The notes under the pieces are model-generated. The model saw only the letters and a list, made by a program, of their open reading frames with translations. It did not search any database and was not told the origin of the DNA. Both the position numbers and the translations under genes were made by a program. DNA of 42,913 nt from an uncultured Candidatus Saccharibacteria bacterium (GTDB lineage Bacteria > Patescibacteriota > Minisyncoccia > JBAYJV01), in NCBI GenBank assembly GCA_964398685.1, contig CAYNNF010000004.1, positions 12,515 through 55,427 of the forward strand, given 5' to 3'. This document shows positions 7,855-16,550 of the stretch, piece after piece. Positions within the stretch are counted from its first letter, which is position 1, and every line of letters starts with the position of its first letter.

Positions 7855-8822
7855 TTTTTTTTCTATATGGAAAAGATAGTTTTAGAAGCTATCAAAAATT
7901 AAAAGAAATTCAGGATAAATATCAAAAAACTTATCCGCAAACCTTGAGTTTTTATCAGATTGATAAAGACAAGGATATTTTAGAGATTAAATCCCTTCTT
8001 GAGTCATCTCCTCTTTTTCAACAAAACAAATTAATTGTTCTTAAAAATATTTTTTTAAAAAAAGCAGACGAACAAAAAAAACTAATTGAACTTTTAAAAG
8101 CTAAAAAAATTGATAAAGCTAAAAATACCTTTCTTGTTTTTTGGGAAAGGAATGATGTTGACAAACGCGGTTCTTTGTTCAAATATTTAGAAAAAGCCGC
8201 TAAAATTCAAAAGTTTAGCGAACTTAATAAATCTCAAAGAAAAAATTGGGTAAAAAAAATTGCCGCTGATAAATTTCCCGACCTTAAGATCCAATCTTAT
8301 CTTATGGATTATTTTATTGCTAACCTTGATTGCGACTTGTGGCGAATTTATCACGAAATTGAGAAATTAGCTACTTATCAAGCTCAAACGAAAAAGCCGC
8401 TCACAAAAGACGATTTAGAGAACATAATTGTTTTTCCAACAGAAGCAGATATTTTTAAAACAATTGATGCCATTGCTTCAAAAAATAAAAAACAAGCGCT
8501 TAAAGCGCTGGCAATTCATTTTAAAAATTTAGAGCCCGAACTAAAAATTTTAGCAATGCTTGAATATCAATTTAGAAGCTTAATCAAAGTAAAATCACTC
8601 ACAGAAGAAAAGAAAGATTATTATAAAATTCAGCGTGAAACTAAGATTCATCCTTACTCTTTCCGCAAAATTTATTCTTCGGTTGGTAATTTTTCAATGG
8701 ATGATCTCAAAAATATCTACGAAGAATTATTTGAGCTTGATATCGGATTCAAAACAGGCAAGATTAAAGATAAAAAAATCGCCCTTGAGATGTTTGTGGT
8801 AAAAATCTGTTTGCCTCATTAA
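7851..8822 (+). CDS. holA: DNA polymerase III subunit delta
   Basis: MIFFLYGKD N-terminus, EIEKL, IFKTIDAI, HPY and KTG motifs; adjacent to rpsT in the usual convergent arrangement. Confidence 0.9.
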   Translation: MIFFLYGKDSFRSYQKLKEIQDKYQKTYPQTLSFYQIDKDKDILEIKSLLESSPLFQQNKLIVLKNIFLKKADEQKKLIELLKAKKIDKAKNTFLVFWERNDVDKRGSLFKYLEKAAKIQKFSELNKSQRKNWVKKIAADKFPDLKIQSYLMDYFIANLDCDLWRIYHEIEKLATYQAQTKKPLTKDDLENIIVFPTEADIFKTIDAIASKNKKQALKALAIHFKNLEPELKILAMLEYQFRSLIKVKSLTEEKKDYYKIQRETKIHPYSFRKIYSSVGNFSMDDLKNIYEELFELDIGFKTGKIKDKKIALEMFVVKICLPH

Positions 8823-8838
8823 ATTTTGAGCGATAATT

Positions 8839-8872
8839 AAAAAATCCTCTTAATAAAAAAGAGGATTTTTTT
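8839..8872. terminator. Bidirectional intrinsic terminator
   Basis: AAAAAATCCTCT-N9-AGAGGATTTTTT between convergent holA and rpsT. Confidence 0.8.
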
Positions 8873-8887
8873 GTTGTTAATTTAATC

Positions 8888-9238
8888 TTATTTTTTTATT
8901 TTTTTCGTTGTTTTTGAAGTTTTCGTTGTTTTTGTTTTAGGATTTTCGGGTTTTACCTTAATGTCTTTCTTGTCCAGTCCAATTTTATTTATTGCTTTTG
9001 TTAAGCGCGATTTCTTTCTTGAGGCATTGCCTTTTTTAATAATGCCTTTCTTGGCAGTTTTATCAATCGCTTTATAAACCTGGGGAAGGAGTGTTTTGGC
9101 TTCTATGTTTTTTCCTTTTTTAATCAAAAGCTGAAGTTCCTTAATCAAGCTTCTCATTTTTTTCTTATAGCGATTGTTTAAAAGTCGGTGTTTCTCCGAT
9201 TGTTTTAACGCCTTTTTGGCTGATTGTTTTTGTGGCAT
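8888..9238 (-). CDS. rpsT: 30S ribosomal protein S20 with Lys/Thr-rich tail
   Basis: QSAKKALKQS, IDKTAKKGIIKKGNASRKKSRL. Confidence 0.95.
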   Translation of the reverse strand: MPQKQSAKKALKQSEKHRLLNNRYKKKMRSLIKELQLLIKKGKNIEAKTLLPQVYKAIDKTAKKGIIKKGNASRKKSRLTKAINKIGLDKKDIKVKPENPKTKTTKTSKTTKKIKK

Positions 9239-9309
9239 AAAATAATTACTACCTGTTAACTATTATTGATTTGATATCAAAGGATATCATAATATTATTT
9301 TTTTGCAAG

Positions 9310-9340
9310 AAAAAACCCTGAACGACCTTGCGTTCAGGGT
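9310..9340 (-). terminator. Intrinsic terminator of the 9347-9640 gene
   Basis: 10-bp perfect stem ACCCTGAACG/CGTTCAGGGT followed by a U-run on the minus strand. Confidence 0.8.
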
Positions 9341-9346
9341 AAAACT

Positions 9347-9640
9347 TCAGGAGATTGATCTTGCCACTAATATTTCTAATTCATGCTGCAGTTCGTTTAT
9401 TTGATCATGAATTTCTTCTTGGCGTTCTAAGCTTTGGGCTCTCTCCTCCATAGATTGTCTTATTTCATCTTCTGAACAATCCCCTTGAGTCAAATCTGAG
9501 AGTTCAGTAAGGGTCATTCGATGAGTAGCATCCCTTTCACACTGGAAATAACTGGTTGGGTCATACATCTCTAATCTCGTCGGTCCGCCACAGATTAAAC
9601 AGACGACCCTTTCGTCTTTTTCTTTGCCTTCTTCTGTCAT
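9347..9640 (-). CDS. Small acidic protein with putative zinc ribbon and coiled coil
   Basis: CLICGG...CERDATH, heptad-like C-terminus, strong SD (GGAGGGAG) upstream and its own terminator. Confidence 0.7.
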   Translation of the reverse strand: MTEEGKEKDERVVCLICGGPTRLEMYDPTSYFQCERDATHRMTLTELSDLTQGDCSEDEIRQSMEERAQSLERQEEIHDQINELQHELEILVARSIS

Positions 9641-9740
9641 TTCTCCCTCCTGCCGAATTTCTTTTTAAGTAATCTTAAAAATAGAAAGTCGTGCATCCCG
9701 AAGTATTGAGGGATAACGAATTTCAAGAACTGTTTGCAGT

Positions 9741-10436
9741 CTACCAATAAATATATCTCTTGTCAATATCGCATAGCAATTTTTGCCAGTTTTTAGATGT
9801 TAATTTGTCTAAATCAATCGCGTCTTTTAAATCAAACTTTCCTGATTTTATGCGAATAAGCTTTTCTAGATAAGCGCCACATTCCAATTCGCGCCCAATA
9901 TCATGAGCCAAAGAACGAATATATGTTCCCGCGGAACACATAACACATAACACTAAACATGGAACATTATACCTAAGAAGCTCTAATTTCTTAATATTAA
10001 TCTTACTTGGTTTAAGACTAACTTCTTTTCCTTTTCTAGCTAATTCATATGCTTTTTTACCTTTAATTTTTTTAGCCGAATAGATTGGCGGTGTTTGTAA
10101 AATTTCACCCTTGAACTTCTTTAAGACTTTTTTTATTTGATCTTTTGTTGGAAGCTGACCGCTATGCTTATTGACAATTTTACCGGTTTTGTCGTAGGTG
10201 TCAGTTTCGTCACCCAAAAATAAAGTAGCAATATATTCTTTATCCTTTTTTAAAAAATCTGATTGTTTTTTGGTCGCCTCGCGCCCAATCAAAACAACAA
10301 GTAATCCTTCGGCAAAGGGATCAAGGGTGCCGGCATGCCCAATTTTTCTAATACCTGTGATTATTCTTAGTTTATCAACAATATCGTGAGAAGTGGGTCC
10401 GGCAGGTTTATTAATTAATAAAAATCCTGAAGTCAT
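9741..10436 (-). CDS. truB: tRNA pseudouridine(55) synthase, short form without PUA domain
   Basis: GHAGTLDPFAEG, TDTYD, PPIYSAKK, GTYIRSLAHD. Start moved to ATG 10436. Confidence 0.96.
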   Translation of the reverse strand: MTSGFLLINKPAGPTSHDIVDKLRIITGIRKIGHAGTLDPFAEGLLVVLIGREATKKQSDFLKKDKEYIATLFLGDETDTYDKTGKIVNKHSGQLPTKDQIKKVLKKFKGEILQTPPIYSAKKIKGKKAYELARKGKEVSLKPSKINIKKLELLRYNVPCLVLCVMCSAGTYIRSLAHDIGRELECGAYLEKLIRIKSGKFDLKDAIDLDKLTSKNWQKLLCDIDKRYIYW

Positions 10437-10501
10437 AAATAGTTTTTTTATTTTGCCCCTATATATAGTATAATAAACAAAGTATAATATTAAAACAAAG
10501 T

Positions 10502-11560
10502 ATGGCAATAGAACATATAAAAAACCAAAAAAAATGGAACAAAATTGCTTTAAAACAGGAAAGTAATTTTATGCAATCGTGGGAGTGGGGAGAATTTAGA
10601 AAGAAAAATGGAATAACGATTTTTAGAATCATGAATTACGAATCGGGAATCAAGAATAACTACGTCCAAATTGAAAAAAGAAAATTACCGTTTGGTAAAT
10701 GTTATTTTTATATCGCAGGAATAAATTTGAAACATAAAACTTACGATTTAAAACATTTATTGGAAGATCTTAAAAAATTGGCGAAAAAAGAAAGAGCAAT
10801 CTTTTTAAAAATTGAACCCGCCGCCGAAAAAGAAAATGAAGGAAAATTAGGGATTATCAAGGGAAGGGAAGGATGGGTTTTGTCTAAGAATATTCAACCA
10901 AAAAATACATTAGTTTTAGACATTACGCTCTCTGAACAAGAATTACTCAAAAGTTTTCATCATAAACATAGATATAACATAAGATTAGCCGAAAAAGGGG
11001 GAATTAGTGTTAAAAAAATAGAAACAGAGGAAGAATTTGAAAGTTTTTATACCCTAATTCAAAAAACTGACGAGAGAAAACACACTAAATCGTTTCCTAA
11101 GAAATACTATAAAGAACTTTTTGTTCTTTCTCGGCTTTCTCAAAAATCCGCGTTTACGGATGTTGGACGTCCGTCAAGCTTGGCGGTTGTATTTTTAGGG
11201 GCGTATTTAAAGAAAAAAATGATTGCTGGGTTGATCTTGATTGTTTGGGAGCAAAAAGCCACTTATTTGGTTGGCGCGAGCGATTACAATTATAGAAAAT
11301 ATATGGCGCCTCACCTGCTTCAATGGGAGGCAATTAAACTTGCTAAATTATTGGGCGCTCAAAAATATGATTTTTGGGGAATAATTAAAAAAGACGATTT
11401 CGGGTCGGAAAGGGAATTTGAGGGCCATTCGTGGGCCGGAATTACGAGGTTTAAACAAGGTTTTGGCGGAAAAGAGGTAAGTTTTTTGCCTGCCTATGAT
11501 TATGTTTTTTCTCCGTTTTGGTATAAACTTTATCGGTTTGCTAAAAAAATTAAAATATAA
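10502..11560 (+). CDS. FemAB/FemX family peptidoglycan aminoacyltransferase
   Basis: FMQSWEWG, RYNIRLAEK, LLQWEAI, YDFWG, FKQGFGG. Confidence 0.92.
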   Translation: MAIEHIKNQKKWNKIALKQESNFMQSWEWGEFRKKNGITIFRIMNYESGIKNNYVQIEKRKLPFGKCYFYIAGINLKHKTYDLKHLLEDLKKLAKKERAIFLKIEPAAEKENEGKLGIIKGREGWVLSKNIQPKNTLVLDITLSEQELLKSFHHKHRYNIRLAEKGGISVKKIETEEEFESFYTLIQKTDERKHTKSFPKKYYKELFVLSRLSQKSAFTDVGRPSSLAVVFLGAYLKKKMIAGLILIVWEQKATYLVGASDYNYRKYMAPHLLQWEAIKLAKLLGAQKYDFWGIIKKDDFGSEREFEGHSWAGITRFKQGFGGKEVSFLPAYDYVFSPFWYKLYRFAKKIKI

Positions 11561-11582
11561 AAAGTTTTAAGTTCTAAGTTTT

Positions 11583-12920
11583 ATGAAATTTTTTATTAAA
11601 AAACTTATCCCTGCGCCACTCCTGCGGCTTTATCATTTCATTGTGGCAATTTTAGCCGCGTTTTTGTATGGTTTCCCATCAAATAAAATGATTGTCATCG
11701 GTGTAACCGGAACTGGCGGAAAATCAACAACAATAAAAATGATAGGAGAAATTTTAACTGAATACGGTTTGTCCGTTGGCTGGCTTTCTTCTCTAAGCAT
11801 CAGAATTTTAGACAAAGAAAAGATTAACCCTTATCATATGACAATGCTGGGCAGGTTTAAGCTTCAGAAACACCTAAAAATAATGCTGTCTAAGGGGGTC
11901 CACTACGTAGTTGTTGAAGTGACTTCTGAAGGCATTAAACAATTTAGACATATAGAGATTAATTTTGATATTTTAGTCTTCACTAATCTTTCTCGCGAAC
12001 ATATTGAAGCTCATGGAAGTTTTGAAAAATATCGGGATGCTAAGCTTAAAATATTTAAAAAACTTTTTTCGCAAAAGAGAAAAAAACTAGCCTGGTTAGA
12101 AAAAAAACAAGAAAAAATTATTATTGCCAACCTTGACGACGAAAATGTTGATTATTTCATTGAACAAAAAGCGGATAAAAAATATGGATTTTCTGTAAAA
12201 GAAATAAATGCTTTGCCTAAAAAAATCAAATTACTCAAAATTATTTCTTACAAATTAAACGAAAATGGTTCAACTTTTACCTTAGACAGCACCAAATTTG
12301 ATCTGAAGCTCTTGGGGGAATTTAATATTTATAACGCGCTCGCTGCCATAACGACCGCAAGAGCATTAGGAATAGATTATATAACCGCCAAACATGCCCT
12401 TTTAAAAATTGAGGAAGTTCCCGGCAGAATGGAAAAAGTTGAAACAGGCAAAAACTTTAGTGTCATTATTGATTTAGCCCACACTCCAGATTCGTTAGAA
12501 CAAGCCTACGAGGCCTTAAGAAAAGCTTATTTCCTCGTTCCCGGGTTTAAAAATATGATCTGCGTTCTTGGTTCTGCCGGAGGAGGCAGAGATAAATGGA
12601 AGCGTCCAGTTATAGGAGAAATTGCTGGAGAATTTTGCGATAAAACTTTTTTAACCAACGAAGATCCCTACGATGAAATCCCTAAGGATATCCTTAAGGA
12701 TATTGAAGAAGGATTAAAAAAGAAAAACAAAGTTTTGGGCAAAGAATATTTTAAAATTGAAGATAGAAGGCAAGCAATTTCAGAGGCGCTTAAAACTGCC
12801 AAAAAGGAGGATTTGGTTGTCATTACTGGCAAGGGGACAGAGGCAACTATGGTTATTGGCAATAAAAAAATCCCCTGGAACGAAAAAAAAGTTGTTGAAG
12901 AAGAGCTTAAAAAGCTTTAG
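11583..12920 (+). CDS. murE: UDP-MurNAc-tripeptide synthetase (MurE-type Mur ligase)
   Basis: GVTGTGGKST P-loop, EVTSEG, FTNLSREH, PGRME, DLAHTPD, GGGRDKWKR, TGKG. Confidence 0.88.
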   Translation: MKFFIKKLIPAPLLRLYHFIVAILAAFLYGFPSNKMIVIGVTGTGGKSTTIKMIGEILTEYGLSVGWLSSLSIRILDKEKINPYHMTMLGRFKLQKHLKIMLSKGVHYVVVEVTSEGIKQFRHIEINFDILVFTNLSREHIEAHGSFEKYRDAKLKIFKKLFSQKRKKLAWLEKKQEKIIIANLDDENVDYFIEQKADKKYGFSVKEINALPKKIKLLKIISYKLNENGSTFTLDSTKFDLKLLGEFNIYNALAAITTARALGIDYITAKHALLKIEEVPGRMEKVETGKNFSVIIDLAHTPDSLEQAYEALRKAYFLVPGFKNMICVLGSAGGGRDKWKRPVIGEIAGEFCDKTFLTNEDPYDEIPKDILKDIEEGLKKKNKVLGKEYFKIEDRRQAISEALKTAKKEDLVVITGKGTEATMVIGNKKIPWNEKKVVEEELKKL

Positions 12921-12941
12921 GTTTTTATAAGCTTAAAAAAT

Positions 12942-12970
12942 AAAATCGCGTAACTGAATTACGCGATTTT
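12942..12970. terminator. Bidirectional intrinsic terminator
   Basis: AAAATCGCGTAA-N5-TTACGCGATTTT between convergent murE and tyrS. Confidence 0.8.
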
Positions 12971-12990
12971 GTATTTCTGATTTAATTTCT

Positions 12991-14166
12991 TTAAATAATT
13001 TTTACAAAAAATCTTTTGCCTTTTTTCAGCACAACAGGGCAGTCCTTTTTTTCTACTTTGAACATTACATCTTCAATAACTTTGTCCTCCAATCTCACTG
13101 CTTTTTGTTCAATTAATCTTCTGGCGTCGCCTCTCGATTCTGCCAGTTTAGTTTTTACTAAAATATCTAAAAGGAATGCTTCTTCTTCAAGATTATAGGT
13201 TTTTATATTCTCGGGATCCTCTTTTTTTTGAAAAATCGCCTTAAAAAATTTCTCGGCTAATTGCGCCTCTTCTTCAGAATAAAGTATTTTAATAATCTCT
13301 CGAGCAAGCCGCATTTTAATATCTCTTGGATTTCTCACACCAGATAACATTTCTGTTTTAATTATTGTTATCTCTTTCTCAGAAATATCCGTAAGCAGGG
13401 CGAAGTAGGGAAGGATGTTTTTGTCAGGCATTGACATAATTTTACCGTAGATCTCCGAAGGTTTTTCATCAATGCCAATTCCGTTGTTCAAAGATTGGCT
13501 CATTTTTTCTTTTCCATCAATTCCTGGCAAAATCGGCATGATAATTAGCGCTTGTGGCGATTGGCCGGCATTTTTTTGAAGTTCACGAGCTAAAAGTTCA
13601 TTAAATTTCTGGTCTGACCCAATAACCGTTAAATCGGATTCAAGTTCAACTGAATCATGGGCCTGAAGAATGGGATAAAGAAATTCATGCGTCCAAACCG
13701 GTTTGCCCTGCTTAATTCTTTTTTCAAACATATCTCTTTCCCATAATCTAACCGCGCTCACTCCTTTTGCAATCTTTAGAAAATCGTCTAATTTCATTTT
13801 GTCCCACCATTCGCTATTGTAGCGAATCTCAAGTTTATTTACGTCTAAAACTTTAGTCGCTATCTTAATAAGTATTTTAGCATTATTTCTTAAAATTTCT
13901 TTGTTTAATCCTTGTCTTGCTTCAAGTTTGTCAGTAGGATCACCAATGCGACCCGTAAAGTCGCCTAAAAGCAAAATTACTTTGTGTCCTAAATCCTGAA
14001 AACGCCTCATAACACGATAATTAACAACATAGCCCAAATGAAGCTGGGTTGTGTTGGGATCAATGCCGTGCTTAATGCGAATCTTTTTACTTGAGACAAG
14101 TTTTTGTTCTAATTCTTGTTTGCCAATAATTTCAACAGCGCCTTTTGCAATTTCGTTTAAATCCAT
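12991..14166 (-). CDS. tyrS: Tyrosine--tRNA ligase
   Basis: GIDP...HLGY, GDFTGRIGDP, YPILQAHD, GSDQKFN, KMSQS, C-terminal S4 domain. Confidence 0.97.
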   Translation of the reverse strand: MDLNEIAKGAVEIIGKQELEQKLVSSKKIRIKHGIDPNTTQLHLGYVVNYRVMRRFQDLGHKVILLLGDFTGRIGDPTDKLEARQGLNKEILRNNAKILIKIATKVLDVNKLEIRYNSEWWDKMKLDDFLKIAKGVSAVRLWERDMFEKRIKQGKPVWTHEFLYPILQAHDSVELESDLTVIGSDQKFNELLARELQKNAGQSPQALIIMPILPGIDGKEKMSQSLNNGIGIDEKPSEIYGKIMSMPDKNILPYFALLTDISEKEITIIKTEMLSGVRNPRDIKMRLAREIIKILYSEEEAQLAEKFFKAIFQKKEDPENIKTYNLEEEAFLLDILVKTKLAESRGDARRLIEQKAVRLEDKVIEDVMFKVEKKDCPVVLKKGKRFFVKII

Positions 14167-14256
14167 AAATTATTAATAACGCATTACAAATTGGAATGAT
14201 TAAATGATTGTTCCAATTTTAAAATAAAAATACTTTTAAGTAAAGGAGGGAAAGAT

Positions 14257-14406
14257 TTATCCCCACCTAATTTTTTGTCCCCAGCTTTCCACAGACTGTT
14301 AATAAAATAATTATAGCCCATTTGTTCGATTAACATTATTTTGTTATAACCCCTATCTTCGCGCGCTTTTAATAAATTTGTATAAATTTTTTAAAACTTA
14401 TCCACA
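14257..14406. promoter_or_regulatory. DnaA-box-like cluster between divergent tyrS and lexA
   Basis: TTATCCCCA 14257, TTGTCCCCA 14275, CTTTCCACA 14285, TGTTAATAA 14297, perfect TTATCCACA 14398. Confidence 0.6.
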
Positions 14407-14413
14407 GTTGTTT

Positions 14414-14449
14414 TTCGGTTTTTGTTCGGTTAGAATATATAGTGTTCGG
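14414..14449 (+). promoter_or_regulatory. Candidate LexA operator (direct repeat)
   Basis: TTCGG-N6-TTCGG at 14414-14429 with a third TTCGG at 14445, upstream of lexA. Confidence 0.6.
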
Positions 14450-14558
14450 CATTGCCTCGCCGAAATTGCGCTAAAATCGATGAAGGCGGGCATCGTTTCA
14501 CTAAGTACGATTTCAGCCAAGACGGTCAGCTTCAACTGTGGTTTATTAGATAATTAAT

Positions 14559-15179
14559 ATGTCCAAAATTAACAAAACAATCCTGACAAAGCGCCAAAAA
14601 GAAGTTTTGGATTTCGTTATAAAATTTATGGATAAGAATGGGCACAATCCCAGTTTGCGTGAAATTGGTAAGGCGTTAGACCTTTCTTCTTCGTCCTCTG
14701 TGTATGAACAAGTTAAAAAGCTTGAGAAAGCTGGATTTCTTGAAAGACAAGAAAATTCAGGAAAATTTTTTCCAACAGGCAAGGCCCTTAATCTTACCCA
14801 AAAATTTTCAGTACCTGTTTTAGGAACTATTGCCGCCGGCTCGCCCATTCAAGTCTTTGAATATAAAGAAAATCTAATGATTCCCAAGGATTTAATTTCC
14901 AGAAGACCAACTGAACTTTTTGCCTTAGAAGTCCAGGGAAATTCAATGGTTGAAGAAGGCATTGTGAGCGGCGATTATGTTCTCTGCGAACCTTCGCAAA
15001 ATGTAAAAAACGGCGATGTTGTAGTTGCTCTTGTAAATGGTACTGAAGTAACTCTTAAAAAATATTTTAAAGAGAAGCGCTGGATAAGACTTATGCCAGC
15101 TAATGCGAAAATGCGGCCAATTTTTTCAAGAAATGTTTTAGTTCAAGGAGTTGTAAGGGCGGTATTTAGAAAATATTAA
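14559..15179 (+). CDS. lexA: SOS repressor LexA
   Basis: LTKRQKEVL wHTH, PSLREI, IAAG cleavage site, GNSM catalytic Ser, VTLKK catalytic Lys. Confidence 0.96.
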   Translation: MSKINKTILTKRQKEVLDFVIKFMDKNGHNPSLREIGKALDLSSSSSVYEQVKKLEKAGFLERQENSGKFFPTGKALNLTQKFSVPVLGTIAAGSPIQVFEYKENLMIPKDLISRRPTELFALEVQGNSMVEEGIVSGDYVLCEPSQNVKNGDVVVALVNGTEVTLKKYFKEKRWIRLMPANAKMRPIFSRNVLVQGVVRAVFRKY

Positions 15180-15183
15180 CAAT

Positions 15184-15350
15184 AATTCTCAATTCTCAAT
15201 TCTCAATTCTCAATTTCCAATAAATCCCCAATGATACAATTTTCAATCAACTTACGGCTTATGGCCTATGGCTTACGGCCTTTTTGTGTGCTAATCTATG
15301 TTAAATTCCTCATAATCCCCGATTTCTCTTAAAATCCTTGATTATCCCTT
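15184..15350. repeat. Cluster of short tandem repeats
   Basis: (AATTCTC)x4 plus AATTTCC at 15184-15218; CTTACGG CTTATGG CCTATGG CTTACGG at 15251-15278; degenerate 9-mers to about 15350. Confidence 0.8.
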
Positions 15351-15356
15351 ACTCTC

Positions 15357-16550
15357 ATGCGTATTGCCTTTTTTACAAATAATTATTTACCTCGTCCAAG
15401 TGGCGTAGCTCACGCAATAGAAAACCTGCGTATTGAATTAGAAAATCTTGGTCATAATGTTTTTATTTTTGCTCCGCAATATAGCAAACAAGATAAAAAC
15501 ACTAATAATGTTTTTCGTTACAAATCATTAAGAATCCATAAAAAATTAGGTCCCCTAAGGTCTATTCCTTTTTCTCTTTCCGTTAAACTCAAAAAACAAA
15601 TTAAAGAATTAAACCTTGATATTATTCACTCTCATCACCCTTATCTTTTAGGCAAAACTGCCCAAAAATACGCGCGCGAGCTCAATATTCCTCTTGTTTT
15701 TAGTTTGCACACCCCATATTATCAATATCTCGGCCATTTAATTGGAAATCTCGGTGAAGCGATAGACGGCTTGCTTTTAGAGATTGTTTCTAAGTATGCC
15801 AATAAGTGCAATGCCATTATAGTTCCCACTAACGCAGTCAAGGAAAGCTTAAATGAAAGTAATATAATTCCTCCAATCCATATTCTTCCCTCCGGTATCC
15901 ATTTGGACACATTTAGAGATATTGATAAAAAAAACGCTAAAAAAAAGTTAAATATTGATGGATCAAAAATTGTTTTGCTTACAGTTGGTCGCTTAAGTTA
16001 TGAAAAAAACATAGATTTTTTGATTGAAGCTTTTTGCGAAACAAATAAGATTCTTGGCGGAAGAGATAAGAATCTTGACGGAAGAAATAATTGTCATAAA
16101 AATATAAAATTTATCATTGTTGGCAGCGGTTCACAAAAGATTAAACTACAAAGCATTTCTAAATCCTTAGGCCTTGAAAATATAATTACTTTTGTAGGTA
16201 AAATACCTTACAATGAACTGCCTTTTTATTACAATGCTTCAGATATTTTCCTTTATTCTTCTTTAATTGACACTCAGGGCCTGACTTTATGCGAAGCAAT
16301 GGCATCAGGGCTTCCAATCGTAAGCACTAATCAAGCCATGGGACCTCAAAGTTTGATAAAAAATGATAAAATTGGTTATTTGGTAAAGCCTAATATTGAA
16401 ATTTTCAGTCAAAGGGTCATTGAGTTAATCAATGATAAGAAGAAAAGAAAAAAATTTAGCGAGAATGCTAAGATAGAAGCGAAAAAATATGATAGAAAAA
16501 TTCTTGCTAAGAAATTAGAAAAAATATATATGACTTTAATTAAAAAATGA
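15357..16550 (+). CDS. GT4 family glycosyltransferase (monoglucosyl-diacylglycerol synthase-like)
   Basis: MRIAFFTNNYLP..SGV, IHSHHP, HT, VGRLSYEKN, DTQGLTLCEAMASGLP. Confidence 0.92.
   Translation: MRIAFFTNNYLPRPSGVAHAIENLRIELENLGHNVFIFAPQYSKQDKNTNNVFRYKSLRIHKKLGPLRSIPFSLSVKLKKQIKELNLDIIHSHHPYLLGKTAQKYARELNIPLVFSLHTPYYQYLGHLIGNLGEAIDGLLLEIVSKYANKCNAIIVPTNAVKESLNESNIIPPIHILPSGIHLDTFRDIDKKNAKKKLNIDGSKIVLLTVGRLSYEKNIDFLIEAFCETNKILGGRDKNLDGRNNCHKNIKFIIVGSGSQKIKLQSISKSLGLENIITFVGKIPYNELPFYYNASDIFLYSSLIDTQGLTLCEAMASGLPIVSTNQAMGPQSLIKNDKIGYLVKPNIEIFSQRVIELINDKKKRKKFSENAKIEAKKYDRKILAKKLEKIYMTLIKK

Noticed and set aside
10437-10508. Extended truB N-terminus
   Set aside because: It overlaps the divergent FemAB start and AT-rich promoter DNA; homology starts at MTSGFLLINK
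14167-14400. T-box leader for tyrS
   Set aside because: No T-box consensus or terminator/antiterminator pair was visible on the minus strand
15184-15350. Repeat cluster as a CRISPR array
   Set aside because: Units are 7-9 bp and contiguous, with no spacers and no cas genes in the window
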